This document shows, piece by piece, positions 19,792 to 28,816 of a DNA stretch of 64,000 nucleotides; position 1 is the first letter of the stretch; the number at the start of each line of letters is the position of its first letter. Source of the stretch: Candidatus Thalassarchaeaceae archaeon. Lineage in GTDB: Archaea; Thermoplasmatota; Poseidoniia; Poseidoniales; Thalassarchaeaceae. The position numbers were made by a program, and so were the translations under genes. The notes under the pieces were generated by a model. It was not told the origin of the DNA. It saw nothing but the letters and a program-made list of their open reading frames with translations, and made no database searches. The stretch spans positions 19,939-83,938 of the forward strand of contig JALRLV010000007.1 in the NCBI GenBank assembly GCA_023268715.1, written 5' to 3'.

Positions 19792-19931
19792 TGATATCGG
19801 CAGGAGCAATCCCCCCTTGAAGACCACGCTGCGCCCTTGTCTGCCGATGGCACTCTAGGGCTTTCATTCAAATACTGGAGGCAGGTCGCACGGCTCGCAA
19901 ACGGGGTAGCCCCCGATACGAGGTGTTTCTC

Positions 19932-20876
19932 ATGGCAAAGGGCGCAAAAGCAAGGGCAGCGGCACGCAAGCAGAGAGACAAGTGGAAGGCAAAGCGCTGG
20001 TTCACAATTCGAGCACCTCGTAATCCTTGGTCCTTCAGAGTCATTGGAGAGACCCTCGCAGAGGACTCTGACCAACTAATTGGTCGAACATACGACATCA
20101 TGCAAAATGAGTTAGATGGCGACTTTTCGAAGATGCACGTTCAGGTAGTTTTCCGAATAACAGAATCTGTCGGTGGAGATGCGCTTACTGAATTTGTTGG
20201 ACACAACGTCCTGAAAGACCACATTCGGCGCCAAATCCGCCGTCATCGTGGGAAGGTTGACGACACAGTGGATGTTGTCACCGAGGATGGGTATTACGTC
20301 AGATTCAAACCTCTATTAATTTCGAGATCGAGAGTAAAGTCTAGTCAAAAATCAGCAATGAGGGCTAGTGCTAGAGAAACAATCCTAACTATGGGAGCCA
20401 GTTCAACTTGGATTCATTTGCAAAAAGCACTACTAGATGGTACCATGGAAGCAGCAATCAAAGAGTCGGTTTCCAAGGTCACTCCTGTCAGAACAGTTAT
20501 GATTAGACGCAGTCAGTTATTACAAAGCGGAGTAGTCGTAGAAGATGGTCCCACCTTGGATGAAATACACGCTGAGGAGAAGGCCGCCGCCGCCGCTGCT
20601 AAAGTAGAGGAAGTAGATGTTCTAGCAGCAGCGGAAGCATCTGCAGATCTTTCTGAGGTTGGAGAGACGGATTTAGATGAAGAGCAAGAAGAAGCATCCG
20701 ATGAGGTGGAAGAGGATGGAGCTGAAGGTTCACCAGTTGAGGGGGCAGAATCGCCCCATGACTCCGATATTGATTACGAATCTATGACGGTTTCAGAACT
20801 GAAGGAACTTCTAAAGGAAGCTGGAAAACCAGTCTCAGGAAAGAAAGCAGATTTGATTTCCCGTCTGCAAGAGTGA
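19932..20876 (+). CDS. rps3ae: 30S ribosomal protein S3Ae (eS1) fused to an acidic linker and a C-terminal SAP/HeH motif
   Basis: MAKGAKARAAARKQRDKWKAKRWFTIRAPRNPW...IGETLA...GRTYD is canonical S3Ae for about 198 aa. About 115 extra residues follow, ending MTVSELKELLKEAGKPVSGKKADLISRLQE. Confidence 0.9.
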   Translation: MAKGAKARAAARKQRDKWKAKRWFTIRAPRNPWSFRVIGETLAEDSDQLIGRTYDIMQNELDGDFSKMHVQVVFRITESVGGDALTEFVGHNVLKDHIRRQIRRHRGKVDDTVDVVTEDGYYVRFKPLLISRSRVKSSQKSAMRASARETILTMGASSTWIHLQKALLDGTMEAAIKESVSKVTPVRTVMIRRSQLLQSGVVVEDGPTLDEIHAEEKAAAAAAKVEEVDVLAAAEASADLSEVGETDLDEEQEEASDEVEEDGAEGSPVEGAESPHDSDIDYESMTVSELKELLKEAGKPVSGKKADLISRLQE

Positions 20877-20921
20877 GGTAAATGTGGGCGGCCAAGCCCC
20901 ATTCCAAACCGAGGTGAGCAT

Positions 20922-21677
20922 TTGGTGCGGATAGCCGTAATTAGTGGAACAGGAATGTCTGATATTGCTCATGAGATGTCGGATAATTCAAGAAAAAATA
21001 CTGAAATTCGAGTAGAATCAATTTGGGGGGAGGTTCCTACTACATTGGTCGAAACTGAATTAGGAGAAGTTCTCCTAATCGACAGACATCACCGAGAAGG
21101 GGATGCGAGAACACCCCCTCATGAAATAGAACACAGAGCGAATATTCACGCAGCCAAGTCCTTTTCTCCAGATTTAATTCTCAGTGTTAATTCCGTAGGT
21201 ACGATGATTGAAGATTTACCCCCAGGTATGATCGGTGTGGCTAGTGATGTATTGGATTTAGCAATCCGTCCTTGGACTTTCCATGATGATGATGCTATCC
21301 ATGCGGATAGAACCTCAATGTTTGATAAAAAAGCCAGTAAAATCTGTTCCTCCACCTTATCACAAACTCAAGAATATACTCCAAGCAGTCTAGTAGTTGC
21401 GCAGTGTATTGGACCTCAATTTGAATCGCCTTCTGAAATTGATGCACTTGTTCGTTTGGGTGCTGATGTAGTCGGAATGACCCTTGGCCCTGAGTCACGT
21501 TTGATTGCCGAAACAGGAATTCCTCATGTGGCTATCTCATGTTCATCAAATTGGGCAGCGGGTAGAACTCCGGGGGACCCCTCTGCAGAAATCGACCATC
21601 ATGCTGTTGATGCTAAGGCAGCAACCCTACGTGCTCGTGTGAGAGATTGTGTCGAAGCCTTGCAAGCAAATTATTGA
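20922..21677 (+). CDS. purine nucleoside / 5'-methylthioadenosine phosphorylase family protein
   Basis: IAVISGTGMSD, RHHREG...PPHEIEHRANIHA, NSVG, GPQFESPSEI...GADVVGMTLGPESRLIAETGI and NWAAG fit the MTAP/PNP family pattern. TTG/GTG start preceded by GAGGTGA. Confidence 0.8.
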   Translation: MVRIAVISGTGMSDIAHEMSDNSRKNTEIRVESIWGEVPTTLVETELGEVLLIDRHHREGDARTPPHEIEHRANIHAAKSFSPDLILSVNSVGTMIEDLPPGMIGVASDVLDLAIRPWTFHDDDAIHADRTSMFDKKASKICSSTLSQTQEYTPSSLVVAQCIGPQFESPSEIDALVRLGADVVGMTLGPESRLIAETGIPHVAISCSSNWAAGRTPGDPSAEIDHHAVDAKAATLRARVRDCVEALQANY

Positions 21678-21686
21678 GGGATAAAA

Positions 21687-21989
21687 TTGCAAGGTCAGAG
21701 ATTGGGATTAATCCTACTTTTAGTCTCTGTATTCCTCTTCTTCGAAGCGATGGATAGAATGGATTGGTGGGATCAAAAAGACAAGGAGTATGAGAGGGAA
21801 TGTCTGCCAAATAACAACCCTCAACCCGATGCAGAATTGTGTGCCGAACTTCAAAATGAAGCAAATTCAAGAATGAGGGTATTTTCTGCAGTATTATTCT
21901 TTTCAATAATTCTATCTCTTGTTGGCTTATCGTATGTTCTCCCTGCAGGTTCTGATTATCCTAGAAATCCACCGGGTGGTAGATTCTAG
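21687..21989 (+). CDS. small hypothetical membrane protein (two predicted TM helices)
   Basis: ORF with hydrophobic segments LGLILLLVSVFLFF and VFSAVLFFSIILSLVGLSYVL. TTG start and no family recognised. Confidence 0.3.
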   Translation: MQGQRLGLILLLVSVFLFFEAMDRMDWWDQKDKEYERECLPNNNPQPDAELCAELQNEANSRMRVFSAVLFFSIILSLVGLSYVLPAGSDYPRNPPGGRF

Positions 21990-22031
21990 AACATCAGACA
22001 ATTTGATGGTTCTCCGATTATTGGACGATGT

Positions 22032-22421
22032 ATGACTCGGCTGTTGAGCGTAGATGATTGGAAGGAAGTTGAATGGAATTCTAAGCCCGATGGCTCTTGG
22101 GCTACCATGATGGCTAGGGTAGCCGCTTTCCATAGTAAACACGATTTCGCTAACCCTGAGAATAATGGGCATGATATGGGTTACCGTGTGGCTCTAACGG
22201 TTGAGGAATTAGGCGAGTTTGCAGCCGCGATCACTAAAGGAAAGCCAAAGGAAGAAGCATCTGAAGAATTAGCGGATTTGTTGATTTTGATACTCGGTCA
22301 CTCCCTTGCAATGCACATTGATTTGGAATCCGAATTCCACTCAAAGATGGACAAAATTATGCAAAGAAAGGCTCGACGAGGTAACCTAGGCATTAGAGTT
22401 ACAGAATACGAAGGGGAATGA
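22032..22421 (+). CDS. MazG-like nucleoside triphosphate pyrophosphohydrolase
   Basis: LTVEELGEFAAAI...EASEELADLLILILGHSLAMHIDLESEFHSKMDKIMQR is the all-alpha NTP-PPase EExxE/D layout. Confidence 0.75.
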   Translation: MTRLLSVDDWKEVEWNSKPDGSWATMMARVAAFHSKHDFANPENNGHDMGYRVALTVEELGEFAAAITKGKPKEEASEELADLLILILGHSLAMHIDLESEFHSKMDKIMQRKARRGNLGIRVTEYEGE

Positions 22422-22505
22422 ATTATTGGGTCAGAATTCGATACTCACAGAGCAACAACCATTGTGAATGAGATTAAGTTTAACCCAGCATTGTTGAAAT
22501 TTTAG

Positions 22506-22907
22506 TTAAAACAAGTTTGTTGACGGCTTTTTATTATCATATTCTGCAATCCAGAGACTGATCCAAATTCCACCTAATTGCAATACAAGTCTCACCAGAT
22601 TCCCAGTCTGAGATAATGACGCCCCGTCTCCTAATTCGACAGAATTAACCCACATGTACAGATTTGCAGGATATAGACAAATCAACAAAGTAGCGCTGGC
22701 AAACCCTCCAATCGCTCTGATTGAAGGGATAATTAGCATAACTCCAACTAGAATTTCAACTACACCACTAGCGATTACCCAAAATTCTGCTGAACCAAGG
22801 AATGGTGGTACAATTGGTTCGAACCATTCAGTATCCGTGAAATGCAATACCCCTACATAAACGAAAAATAAACCTCCTAAGATTGCGAACATGTCGCGAA
22901 AATTCAT
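22506..22907 (-). CDS. DoxX-like / COG4270-like small membrane protein
   Basis: Four hydrophobic helices with ...HFTDTEWFEPIVPPFLG...SGVVEILVGVMLI...YPANLYMW. Start taken at ATG 22907, immediately after the folA stop; the track ORF extends into folA. Confidence 0.55.
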   Translation of the reverse strand: MNFRDMFAILGGLFFVYVGVLHFTDTEWFEPIVPPFLGSAEFWVIASGVVEILVGVMLIIPSIRAIGGFASATLLICLYPANLYMWVNSVELGDGASLSQTGNLVRLVLQLGGIWISLWIAEYDNKKPSTNLF

Positions 22908-22908
22908 G

Positions 22909-23418
22909 TTATCGCCTAGTCCAGATGGAATATGTAGTGTCGTATTCGTTATTGGAGTCTGATTGCAATTTTTCGATAACTTCCTCAGACCATTCAGCAT
23001 GATTCCATTCTGGGAATTTCACGTCGCCACTACTATTGGTTTGTACCGTGGTAAGATGAATTTCTTCCACACGATCAAGAAACATTTCGTAAATCTGAGC
23101 TCCGCCAATAACCCAGCATTCATCGCAACCATCTGCATAGGCGATTTCTATGGCTCGGCCGATGTATAGAGCGGTCTCTGCCCCATCTGCTTCCCATCCT
23201 GTGTCTCTTGACATGACGATGTTTAATCGCTCAGGTAATGGCCGATATGCTTCGGGAAGTGAATCCCAAGTTTTCCTTCCCATAATTACGGCGTTAAACC
23301 CATCTCCTTCAGTCAATTGTTTGAACCGAGCCATATCAGATGCTAAACGCCAGGGGAGTCCTTCTCCCCTTCCGATATAGCCCTCTTCATCCATAGCCAC
23401 AATCATCGACATACGCAT
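22909..23418 (-). CDS. folA: dihydrofolate reductase
   Basis: MIVAMDEEGYIGRGEGLPWRLASDMARFKQLT...VIMGRKTWDSLP...PLPERLNIVMSR...WVIGGAQIYE is the classic DHFR signature. Located 9 nt downstream of thyA. Confidence 0.9.
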   Translation of the reverse strand: MRMSMIVAMDEEGYIGRGEGLPWRLASDMARFKQLTEGDGFNAVIMGRKTWDSLPEAYRPLPERLNIVMSRDTGWEADGAETALYIGRAIEIAYADGCDECWVIGGAQIYEMFLDRVEEIHLTTVQTNSSGDVKFPEWNHAEWSEEVIEKLQSDSNNEYDTTYSIWTRR

Positions 23419-23427
23419 ATTATTACC

Positions 23428-24222
23428 TCAAACAGAAATTGGTGCCGAAATATGTGGGTGATGCTCATAATTGAGAATTTCAATACTCTCTGCAGTAAAA
23501 CCATCTATTTCTGAGATAGTCGCATCTAACTTGAGTTTGGGCAATGGAAGTGGTTTCCTAGAAATTTGTTCCTTGGCTTGTTCTAAGTGGTTTAGATACA
23601 AATGACAATCTCCCCCTGTCCAGACAAATTCACCGGGTTGCAATCCACACACTTGAGCCATCATACAGGTTAGTAGACTGTATGATGAAATATTGAATGG
23701 GACTCCAAGAAAAGCATCTGCGCTTCTTTGGTATAACTGGCAGGACAATTTTCCTTCGTTGACATAGAATTGGAAAAAAGCATGGCAAGGCATTAACGCC
23801 ATATCTTCCAATTCTCCCACATTCCAAGCTGAAACAATAATTCTTCGTGAATTTGGGTTCTGTTTGATCATTTCAATGGCGTTTTCAATTTGGTCAACGA
23901 CTCTGCCATCATTAGTCTCCCATTTTCTCCATTGTTTTCCATAAACAGGTCCAAGGTCACCATCTTCGTCAGCCCATTCGTTCCATATCCGAACGTTATT
24001 TTCCTGTAGATAGGCAACGTTAGTATCTCCAGATAAAAACCACAATAATTCATGGATTATACTAGGCCAATGAAGTTTTTTTGTGGTCACTGCTGGAAAA
24101 GATTCGGATAAGTCAAATCGCATTTGGTGGCCGAAAACTGAAATTGTTCCAGTCCCTGTACGATCAGATTTCTCTATTCCTTCGTCAAGGATTCTTTCGA
24201 GGAATGCTAGGTATTGCTCCAT
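23428..24222 (-). CDS. thyA: thymidylate synthase (ThyA type)
   Basis: Near-collinear with E. coli ThyA from MEQYL: [64 protein letters not shown] and [20 protein letters not shown]. An upstream ATG at 24255 is an alternative start. Confidence 0.95.
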   Translation of the reverse strand: MEQYLAFLERILDEGIEKSDRTGTGTISVFGHQMRFDLSESFPAVTTKKLHWPSIIHELLWFLSGDTNVAYLQENNVRIWNEWADEDGDLGPVYGKQWRKWETNDGRVVDQIENAIEMIKQNPNSRRIIVSAWNVGELEDMALMPCHAFFQFYVNEGKLSCQLYQRSADAFLGVPFNISSYSLLTCMMAQVCGLQPGEFVWTGGDCHLYLNHLEQAKEQISRKPLPLPKLKLDATISEIDGFTAESIEILNYEHHPHISAPISV

Positions 24223-24302
24223 GTCAACTAAACCTACAGAACCGCCGAAGTCCATGAAGGATGCGGATATCTCGACTCAAATTTTGGGTTCGTAAATTTG
24301 GA

Positions 24303-25079
24303 TTAGGGTGCTCCCAATACTCTCAAATTTTCAATTAATTGATCCGTGAATCTTCTGTAATGTGATTTCATTATCGATCTTTGGCCATGGTCGTCTAAAT
24401 CAGCAATGTTGGAAATGTCTTCATCGGACATATTCCCTCCGGATTCATCGCCTAACCACTCTCCAAAGGTGATTGGGTTATCGACATTGACTTGCACTTT
24501 CGCCAATGGATTGACCACAGCAGAACCTGGTGCCATGAATTTTCTTGCACCAATAATTGCCATTGGTACAACTGGTACTTCTGGAAACCTAGCTGCTAAT
24601 CGTGCAACACCAGTCTTACCTTTAGAAAGGTAAGGTGGTTTATCCGATCTGGAGCGAGTTCCTTCGGGGAATATACCCATGACATTCCCTCCCGAAAGAA
24701 CGTCCACAGCACTTGCTAATGCTTCCACACCTCCTGATTCTCGGAATGTTTCAATCTGTCCCGTGGACGTCATCAGTTTCTGGAATTTTTTGTCTTCGAA
24801 ATGTTCTGCTTTTGCAAGATAATGTACAGGTCTTTTCGCTCCCATTATTTTGACAATTGGATCGATGTGCGATGTATGGTTACCAACTAGTATGGCGGGT
24901 CCATTTTTGGGAATTCTATTTACTCCATTGTAACTTACATTAGTTATCGTCCTAACTAATGATGGTGATAATTCAATCAAACCTTTGTAAAAAATTGGGG
25001 TTGAATGGGGTTTACCAGTGCCCTCTAGCCCGGTCAATTTCGCCACCATTTCCAAAGAATCAGCGGACAAGCCGGGCAT
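24303..25079 (-). CDS. PlsC-family 1-acyl-sn-glycerol-3-phosphate acyltransferase-like protein
   Basis: Acyltransferase blocks NHTSHIDPIV (HxxxxD), YLAKAEHF, FPEGTRSR and VPVVPMAIIG. Confidence 0.8.
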   Translation of the reverse strand: MPGLSADSLEMVAKLTGLEGTGKPHSTPIFYKGLIELSPSLVRTITNVSYNGVNRIPKNGPAILVGNHTSHIDPIVKIMGAKRPVHYLAKAEHFEDKKFQKLMTSTGQIETFRESGGVEALASAVDVLSGGNVMGIFPEGTRSRSDKPPYLSKGKTGVARLAARFPEVPVVPMAIIGARKFMAPGSAVVNPLAKVQVNVDNPITFGEWLGDESGGNMSDEDISNIADLDDHGQRSIMKSHYRRFTDQLIENLRVLGAP

Positions 25080-25159
25080 CGTTCCTCCGACTACTGCTCT
25101 GCATTATTGCTTTGCGTAAGTGCGATGACTTCTTCTGATACATACTACCGCCCATTATT

Positions 25160-26260
25160 GTGGGCATACCTAGAGTACTCTGTCTAGCTATGTGTTGCAT
25201 AATTTTGCTACCAATGACTGCACCCGCAGTAGTTGCTGAATGGGAAGATGATAATTGGCTTAGAAATATCATTGGTCCAGAAAGGCTTGAACTTGGAGAT
25301 GAATTTGGCTGTCATGGGTTTGAAGGAATAGATGTTAGAGAGGAGTCTTGGGTCATTGAAGAGTGTAGAGATTACCTAAGTCGATTCACCGATGCATCAC
25401 GTTGGGGCTCTCAACCGATTTCCTTTGGCTACCCAAACGGTGCAGTGACTGAAGATATCGCTAGGGCAATTTCTGAGGCTGGTTTTTCAATTATTGGAGA
25501 TAGAATTGAAGGCGGTGGTCATGGGCTAAACGTTGTAGAACGATTAACCAGTCTTGAAAAAGGCCAAGCTAATTTGTCGGCTTTAGAAACCGCTGAACGA
25601 GACAGCCTAGTCAGCATTTATTGGATTGCTAGATGGCACGATATCAATATCAGAGAGGATAAAGATGCTATTTCCTTGCTCAAATCTCAAGAGGTTTGGT
25701 TTACCACTTGGGGGGAGTGGCATGGTCACAAAATATCTGGAGAGTCATTTGACAGAATTTTGACCTCAGATCCACAAGTAAAGACATACAGAATTTCCAC
25801 ATTGGCCGATTCTTTTTGGTCAGTCCCGGGTACGGCCTTTTTCGAATGGTCAGAACCTCCCACAAGTATACAATTTGATGGCGAAGAGGCATTAGTTATA
25901 CCTGCGGCTCAAAAGCATCTGATAACAGGTATACGGCCAGTAGACGGTGGAGCATATGTTACAGTAGAACCAGGAGTCGTTGTCGAATTCTTCTTTGAAT
26001 CCGACGAACTTTCAATTTCGCATACTCCGCAGGTCACTTTCAATGGTTTACACCATTCTGTAAGTATAGTAGGCCACCATGTAACAAACCTACACGATTG
26101 GACTTCTGATTTTCATAATTCACCACTTCGATTCACCTGGTTAATTGAGCGGCCTGCGGCATTACAAATGGATTGGAGGCTACCCGTGTTGGCTATCGGA
26201 ATATTAATCGCCACCCCAATCGCCGTAAAATTTGTAATTTCAAGGGATGTTCATAATTGA
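25160..26260 (+). CDS. secreted, C-terminally membrane-anchored hypothetical protein
   Basis: Signal-like N-terminus (CLAMCCIILLPMTAPAVVA) and a C-terminal TM helix (LPVLAIGILIATPIAVKFVI). It resembles polysaccharide-deacetylase-like folds only weakly. GTG start; ATG 25190 is possible. Confidence 0.45.
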   Translation: MGIPRVLCLAMCCIILLPMTAPAVVAEWEDDNWLRNIIGPERLELGDEFGCHGFEGIDVREESWVIEECRDYLSRFTDASRWGSQPISFGYPNGAVTEDIARAISEAGFSIIGDRIEGGGHGLNVVERLTSLEKGQANLSALETAERDSLVSIYWIARWHDINIREDKDAISLLKSQEVWFTTWGEWHGHKISGESFDRILTSDPQVKTYRISTLADSFWSVPGTAFFEWSEPPTSIQFDGEEALVIPAAQKHLITGIRPVDGGAYVTVEPGVVVEFFFESDELSISHTPQVTFNGLHHSVSIVGHHVTNLHDWTSDFHNSPLRFTWLIERPAALQMDWRLPVLAIGILIATPIAVKFVISRDVHN

Positions 26261-26275
26261 AGAATGGCTATTTAA

Positions 26276-27331
26276 CTAAGCAATATCAGGGCCATCAATA
26301 CGTATATTATTCAATTTCATAGTCTGGATAATTTTCGCAATGATATCGTTACCCAATGATTCTGGTGCATGTACTCCTACCGGTAACATATCTGGGTCTT
26401 CCAACCAAGCTTCAACACAACATGCTGTCACCATTCCGGTTGCTCGGGCCATGGAATGACCATCATCTCCTCCATGGTCCTCAACTTCCCACTCCAAAAC
26501 CTCTCCATTCCTTGACTCGGTTCTAACCTTCATCCAAGTAAATTCAGGAATTTTATGATCATAACTCCATTCCCAAATTAAGTCCCCTTCATTCAACTTC
26601 CCTGATTCTTTTTCGTCAATAAATTTCTGAATATGGCCTGGCCATCGAACGGTAAATTCGGACATTTCCACTGCTGGAATTGATTTCAGCACAGAACGTA
26701 ATCCATCTGTAAGAAAGGCCTCCATTTCGCCATGTTCTCCAGTATCTACCATATGGCGTTGGGTTAAGGCAGGAAGAGTAACCTCTTCTCCCTGACGAAT
26801 TACCCTTGCGGGCCTAGTATATTCTGCAATTACATCAATAGGGGAAAATGGAGCCATATACTTCCATTCACCATATGGTCCCGTAGGGTTGCCACCTACC
26901 CAAATTTCAGCTTTTTCCAAAGGTCCAAATTTTCTATCTGCATAGGCTAGCAACATATTGGATAAACCAGGTGCTATACCCACATCCCAAAGGATTCTGG
27001 CACCGTAATCTTGGGCCTTTTGATTATCCCTATCCGGTGTATGTTTGCTGAAACTTAAATCTACCACGCGATATCGACTTTCAGCTAGATCTGTTGTTGC
27101 CATATGTCCTATATCGCCCGGTAGCATATTCACAACGATGTCAACTTGGCCATTTCTGCTCATTGACATCAAATTGTCCAATACGTCTCCGGTATGTACC
27201 GTAATACCTTCAACACCCATGACTCTATGCGGTTGAATATCATAGGCATGAACCTCGTGTCCAAGTGTTGCTAGACGTTTCGCAACCCACGCACCAACTA
27301 ATCCTGTACCCAAACAATGCACGACGGCCAT
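26276..27331 (-). CDS. saccharopine dehydrogenase-like NAD(P)-binding oxidoreductase
   Basis: N-terminal Rossmann motif VHCLGTGLVGAWVAKRL...VHAYD. Overall size and layout match the saccharopine/homospermidine-type dehydrogenase family. Specificity unknown. Confidence 0.6.
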   Translation of the reverse strand: MAVVHCLGTGLVGAWVAKRLATLGHEVHAYDIQPHRVMGVEGITVHTGDVLDNLMSMSRNGQVDIVVNMLPGDIGHMATTDLAESRYRVVDLSFSKHTPDRDNQKAQDYGARILWDVGIAPGLSNMLLAYADRKFGPLEKAEIWVGGNPTGPYGEWKYMAPFSPIDVIAEYTRPARVIRQGEEVTLPALTQRHMVDTGEHGEMEAFLTDGLRSVLKSIPAVEMSEFTVRWPGHIQKFIDEKESGKLNEGDLIWEWSYDHKIPEFTWMKVRTESRNGEVLEWEVEDHGGDDGHSMARATGMVTACCVEAWLEDPDMLPVGVHAPESLGNDIIAKIIQTMKLNNIRIDGPDIA

Positions 27332-27412
27332 AATTATCCCAGACAGTATTAGTTCTTGACTGATTGCAGTTGAGTGTTTGTTCCATTGTTGGGGCGATTA
27401 GTTGATTGAGGA

Positions 27413-28813
27413 GTGTATTCTCGTATCGTCGTGGAAAACGCCGGTCGCATCGATCCTTGGTCCTCGGAGCAATCTACAGATTATGCTCGGATACGTGACC
27501 AATTCGGCTTAGAAAGTCTAGATCTAGCTAAAGTTCCTAATCCGAGTATGCTACATCGTAGAGGGATTATTTTCGCACATAGAGACCTCGATGTTGTTAC
27601 TGGATGCATGGAGCGCTCGGACCCATTTGGTGTATTGACAGGTCTTATGCCTAGCGGCAAGATGCACTTAGGCCATTCAATGGTTATCGAGCAAGTTAGA
27701 TGGTTTCAGGAACAAGGTGCTGATATCACTGTAACAGTAGCCGACCTTGAAGCATTAGCTACTAGAGGAACCAGCCTTGAAGAAGGCAGAAAAACCGCTC
27801 TAAAGGAATATATCCACAACTACGCTGCACTTGGTCTTGACCCAAAAACTACCAATGTGTATTTTCAGAGTGGTCGACCCGAAGTTCAGAGACTTGCATT
27901 TTCTTTGGGGCGAAGAACAAATCTTTCTGAATTTGAAGCGATTTATGGCTTCAAAGGTGACACTAATCTAGCCCATGTGCAAGCACCTTTGGTTCAGGTT
28001 GGAGATATTATTCATCCGCAATTGGAAGAATTTGGAGGATTGAGACCTATCGTGGTACCAGTTGGTGTTGACCAAGACCCTCACCTGCGACTGACTAGAG
28101 GTATTGCAGGCAAAACCCATTGGTTTAACGTAAAACCAAGAAAAGTCGGAGGTTTGACGGTTTCTTTATCAGTTCAGGATAGTAACTCAGAAGCCTTCGG
28201 AGTATCGCCAAATGGTAGCGTAGATAGACAAGTAAGGGAGTCAATTTTTGATAGACTAAAGGAGTCATTAGCCCCAATGGGTTACTCTGATTTAATTTCA
28301 AATCCAAAACACGGAACATTGGACATTCCTGGCGCAAATACCTCCGATATTGCTCAAATCCGTATGTGTGTACTTCGACTAGAACGTGAAATGGGTGGGA
28401 TGGGGCTAATGCCTCCAAGTTCTACCTACCACCGGTTTGCAATAGGGCTGACTGGAGATAAGATGTCATCCTCTAAGCCACAAACTACAATTTTCATGGA
28501 CGATACTCATGATGAGATGAGCAAGAAGGTAAAGCGGGCATTTAGTGGGGGTCAACCAACTGTAGAGGAACATCGAAGACTGGGTGGCGATTGTTCCAAG
28601 GATGTTGCATTTGAATATTTACAATTCTTCTTTGAAGAGGACGACTCTGAATTAACAAGGATTGCCAGAGAATACGAATCCGGAAAACTATTGGCTGGAG
28701 AAATGAAGCAGATTTGTATCGAAAGAGCAAGCGAATGGCTTTCTGAATTAGCCGATAGAAGAGATATGTGGGAAGGACGCCTTGAGGAATTCCTGGCTCC
28801 TGACGCAAAATAA
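27413..28813 (+). CDS. trpS: tryptophan--tRNA ligase (archaeal/eukaryotic type) with an internal insertion
   Basis: HRDLD, the class I HIGH-equivalent PSGKMHLGH, VGVDQDPHLRLTR and KMSSS. GTG start. Confidence 0.85.
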   Translation: MYSRIVVENAGRIDPWSSEQSTDYARIRDQFGLESLDLAKVPNPSMLHRRGIIFAHRDLDVVTGCMERSDPFGVLTGLMPSGKMHLGHSMVIEQVRWFQEQGADITVTVADLEALATRGTSLEEGRKTALKEYIHNYAALGLDPKTTNVYFQSGRPEVQRLAFSLGRRTNLSEFEAIYGFKGDTNLAHVQAPLVQVGDIIHPQLEEFGGLRPIVVPVGVDQDPHLRLTRGIAGKTHWFNVKPRKVGGLTVSLSVQDSNSEAFGVSPNGSVDRQVRESIFDRLKESLAPMGYSDLISNPKHGTLDIPGANTSDIAQIRMCVLRLEREMGGMGLMPPSSTYHRFAIGLTGDKMSSSKPQTTIFMDDTHDEMSKKVKRAFSGGQPTVEEHRRLGGDCSKDVAFEYLQFFFEEDDSELTRIAREYESGKLLAGEMKQICIERASEWLSELADRRDMWEGRLEEFLAPDAK

Positions 28814-28816
28814 GAG

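Noticed and set aside
19788-20101. Three overlapping ORFs (95, 80 and 77 aa) in the GC-rich patch around the rps3ae start
   Set aside because: They overlap each other and the confidently identified S3Ae N-terminus. They arise from the local lack of stop codons in GC-rich sequence and have Arg/Ala/Cys-rich, non-protein-like composition.
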